The position numbers and the translations under genes are program-made. 64,000 bases of DNA from Podarcis cretensis (Eukaryota). Under the pieces are notes generated by a model. The model ran no database searches. It worked only from the letters and a program-made list of their open reading frames with translations, and was not told the origin of the DNA. Shown in pieces: positions 62,937 through 64,000 of this stretch (positions are counted from its first letter, which is position 1; every line of letters starts with the position of its first letter). The stretch spans positions 64,914,001-64,978,000 of the forward strand of contig OX638151.1 of the NCBI GenBank assembly GCA_951804945.1, given 5' to 3'.

Positions 62937-63120
62937 CCAGTTGGGTAGCCGTGTTGGTCTGCCATAGTCAAAACAAAAAAATTTCCTTCCAGTAGCACCT
63001 TAAAGACCAACTAAGTCAGTTCTTGGTATGAGCTTTCGTGTGCATGCACACGAAAGCTCATACCAAGAACTGACTTAGTTGGTCTTTAAGGTGCTACTGG
63101 AAGGAAATTTTTTTGTTTTG
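62937..63120. mobile_element. Penelope-like pLTR fragment in fold-back (inverted) arrangement, 16-bp TSD
   Basis: GTAGCCGTGTTGGTCTG...GTAGCACCTTAAAGACCAACT pLTR motif; perfect palindrome at 62969-63120; TSD TGCTATTGTTTTAGTT at 62921-62936 and 63119-63134. Confidence 0.85.
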
Positions 63121-63479
63121 CTATTGTTTTAGTTATTATTTGCTTATTTTTGATTTCCCCCCTGTAACTTGACAACATAGCTCAAAGGATCTCCAGAAAG
63201 GTTTACAGCATATTTTCCTTTTTCTTCTTTTTTTGAAAGAGCAGTGAACAGAAGGCACAGATATTACCAGAAGAGGGCAGCATGTCCCTACACAGATCGT
63301 TTCTTGCTAGGAAGGTTTTCAGATATTGGTAGCACAAACAAACAAACAAACAAACACCCTCTCTGTACAGAAAGATTTAGAGCAGTCATTTTGCTTTCAA
63401 GAAATTTGACCCCACAATTGCAGCCAATTTTATATCAAGCTCTAGAAGGACAACAAGCAAACATGTCAGATAGTAGCAC

Positions 63480-63700
63480 ACATTTTCGGCACCAGCTAAA
63501 ACCATTTTTGTTTAGGCAAGCTTCTCTGAACATGTAAAAGCTGTTATGGGTTATCTGGTTTTAGCTTATTGTTGGTTTTAATTATTATTAATTTTTGAAT
63601 TTTGAAAATCCTGATCCTATTTTATTGCTTTTATTCGCTTTGTAAACGCTTTGAGGTTTTATCACAATCCAGCAGTATATCAATGTTGTGAAATAAATGA
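63480..63700 (+). mobile_element. Old L2 3' end
   Basis: FRHQLKPFLFRQA C-terminal motif, then an AT-rich UTR with TGTAAACGCTTTGAG and an AAATAAA tail. Confidence 0.6.
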
Positions 63701-64000
63701 CTAAAACAAATTTAGCAAATAGTGGTGATAAGTCAGAAACAAAGTTTTATTTTTTAGTGTTTTCAAGTACCAAAACATCCTCTTTGCGGATGGTTGACCT
63801 ATGGCCTCAGGCTCAGGCTAGATAAATCACCAGAGGTCTCGTTTGGCGATGCAGGAAATTGAGATTACTCTTCAACCCCCTTCCTTGTGGAGAGATTCTT
63901 TTCAGATCTCGACCTTAATCATCAGGCCATTGGCCAGAGAACCTTTAAAAGAGGGACATTCAAGAATGGAACACAATGAAATGATAGGGACAGTTTGGAA

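Noticed and set aside
62541-62995. Poly-K and poly-S ORFs
   Set aside because: Translations of the (TCT)n SINE tail.
63038-63064. Active hammerhead ribozyme
   Set aside because: The CUGANGA catalytic box is absent on both strands in this copy.

Overview
Vertebrate nuclear DNA, almost certainly squamate and probably a lacertid lizard, judging by the repeat complement (BovB, Squam2/Squam3-type SINEs, lizard-type CR1/L2/L1, Penelope pLTR). I can identify no intact protein-coding gene, rRNA, intact tRNA or CRISPR. The window reads as a large intron or intergenic region dominated by transposable-element fragments: several L1 3' ends (three with clear TSDs), young and old CR1, L2, RTE and BovB, tRNA-derived SINEs, hAT and Tigger-like MITEs, a solo LTR, a candidate Helitron and microsatellites. 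Every longer ORF I can assign to a family comes from a LINE; the rest look like chance ORFs. Most notable observations: (1) a complete 1.1-kb TSD-flanked, polyadenylated L1-dependent element with an L1-like 5' end carrying CTCF and YY1 motifs but no RT (41387-42506); (2) a perfect 152-bp spacerless palindrome of Penelope pLTR folded back at the hammerhead stem II (62969-63120); (3) an apparent L1 3' transduction (28998-29728); (4) a CR1 that keeps its SGNH-esterase ORF1 but lacks almost all of EN/RT; (5) two different tRNA heads (Lys, Ile) joined to a CR1-type tail. A few minus-strand exon-like segments may belong to an unidentified host gene (low confidence). Family names come from recalled consensus features, not database searches.
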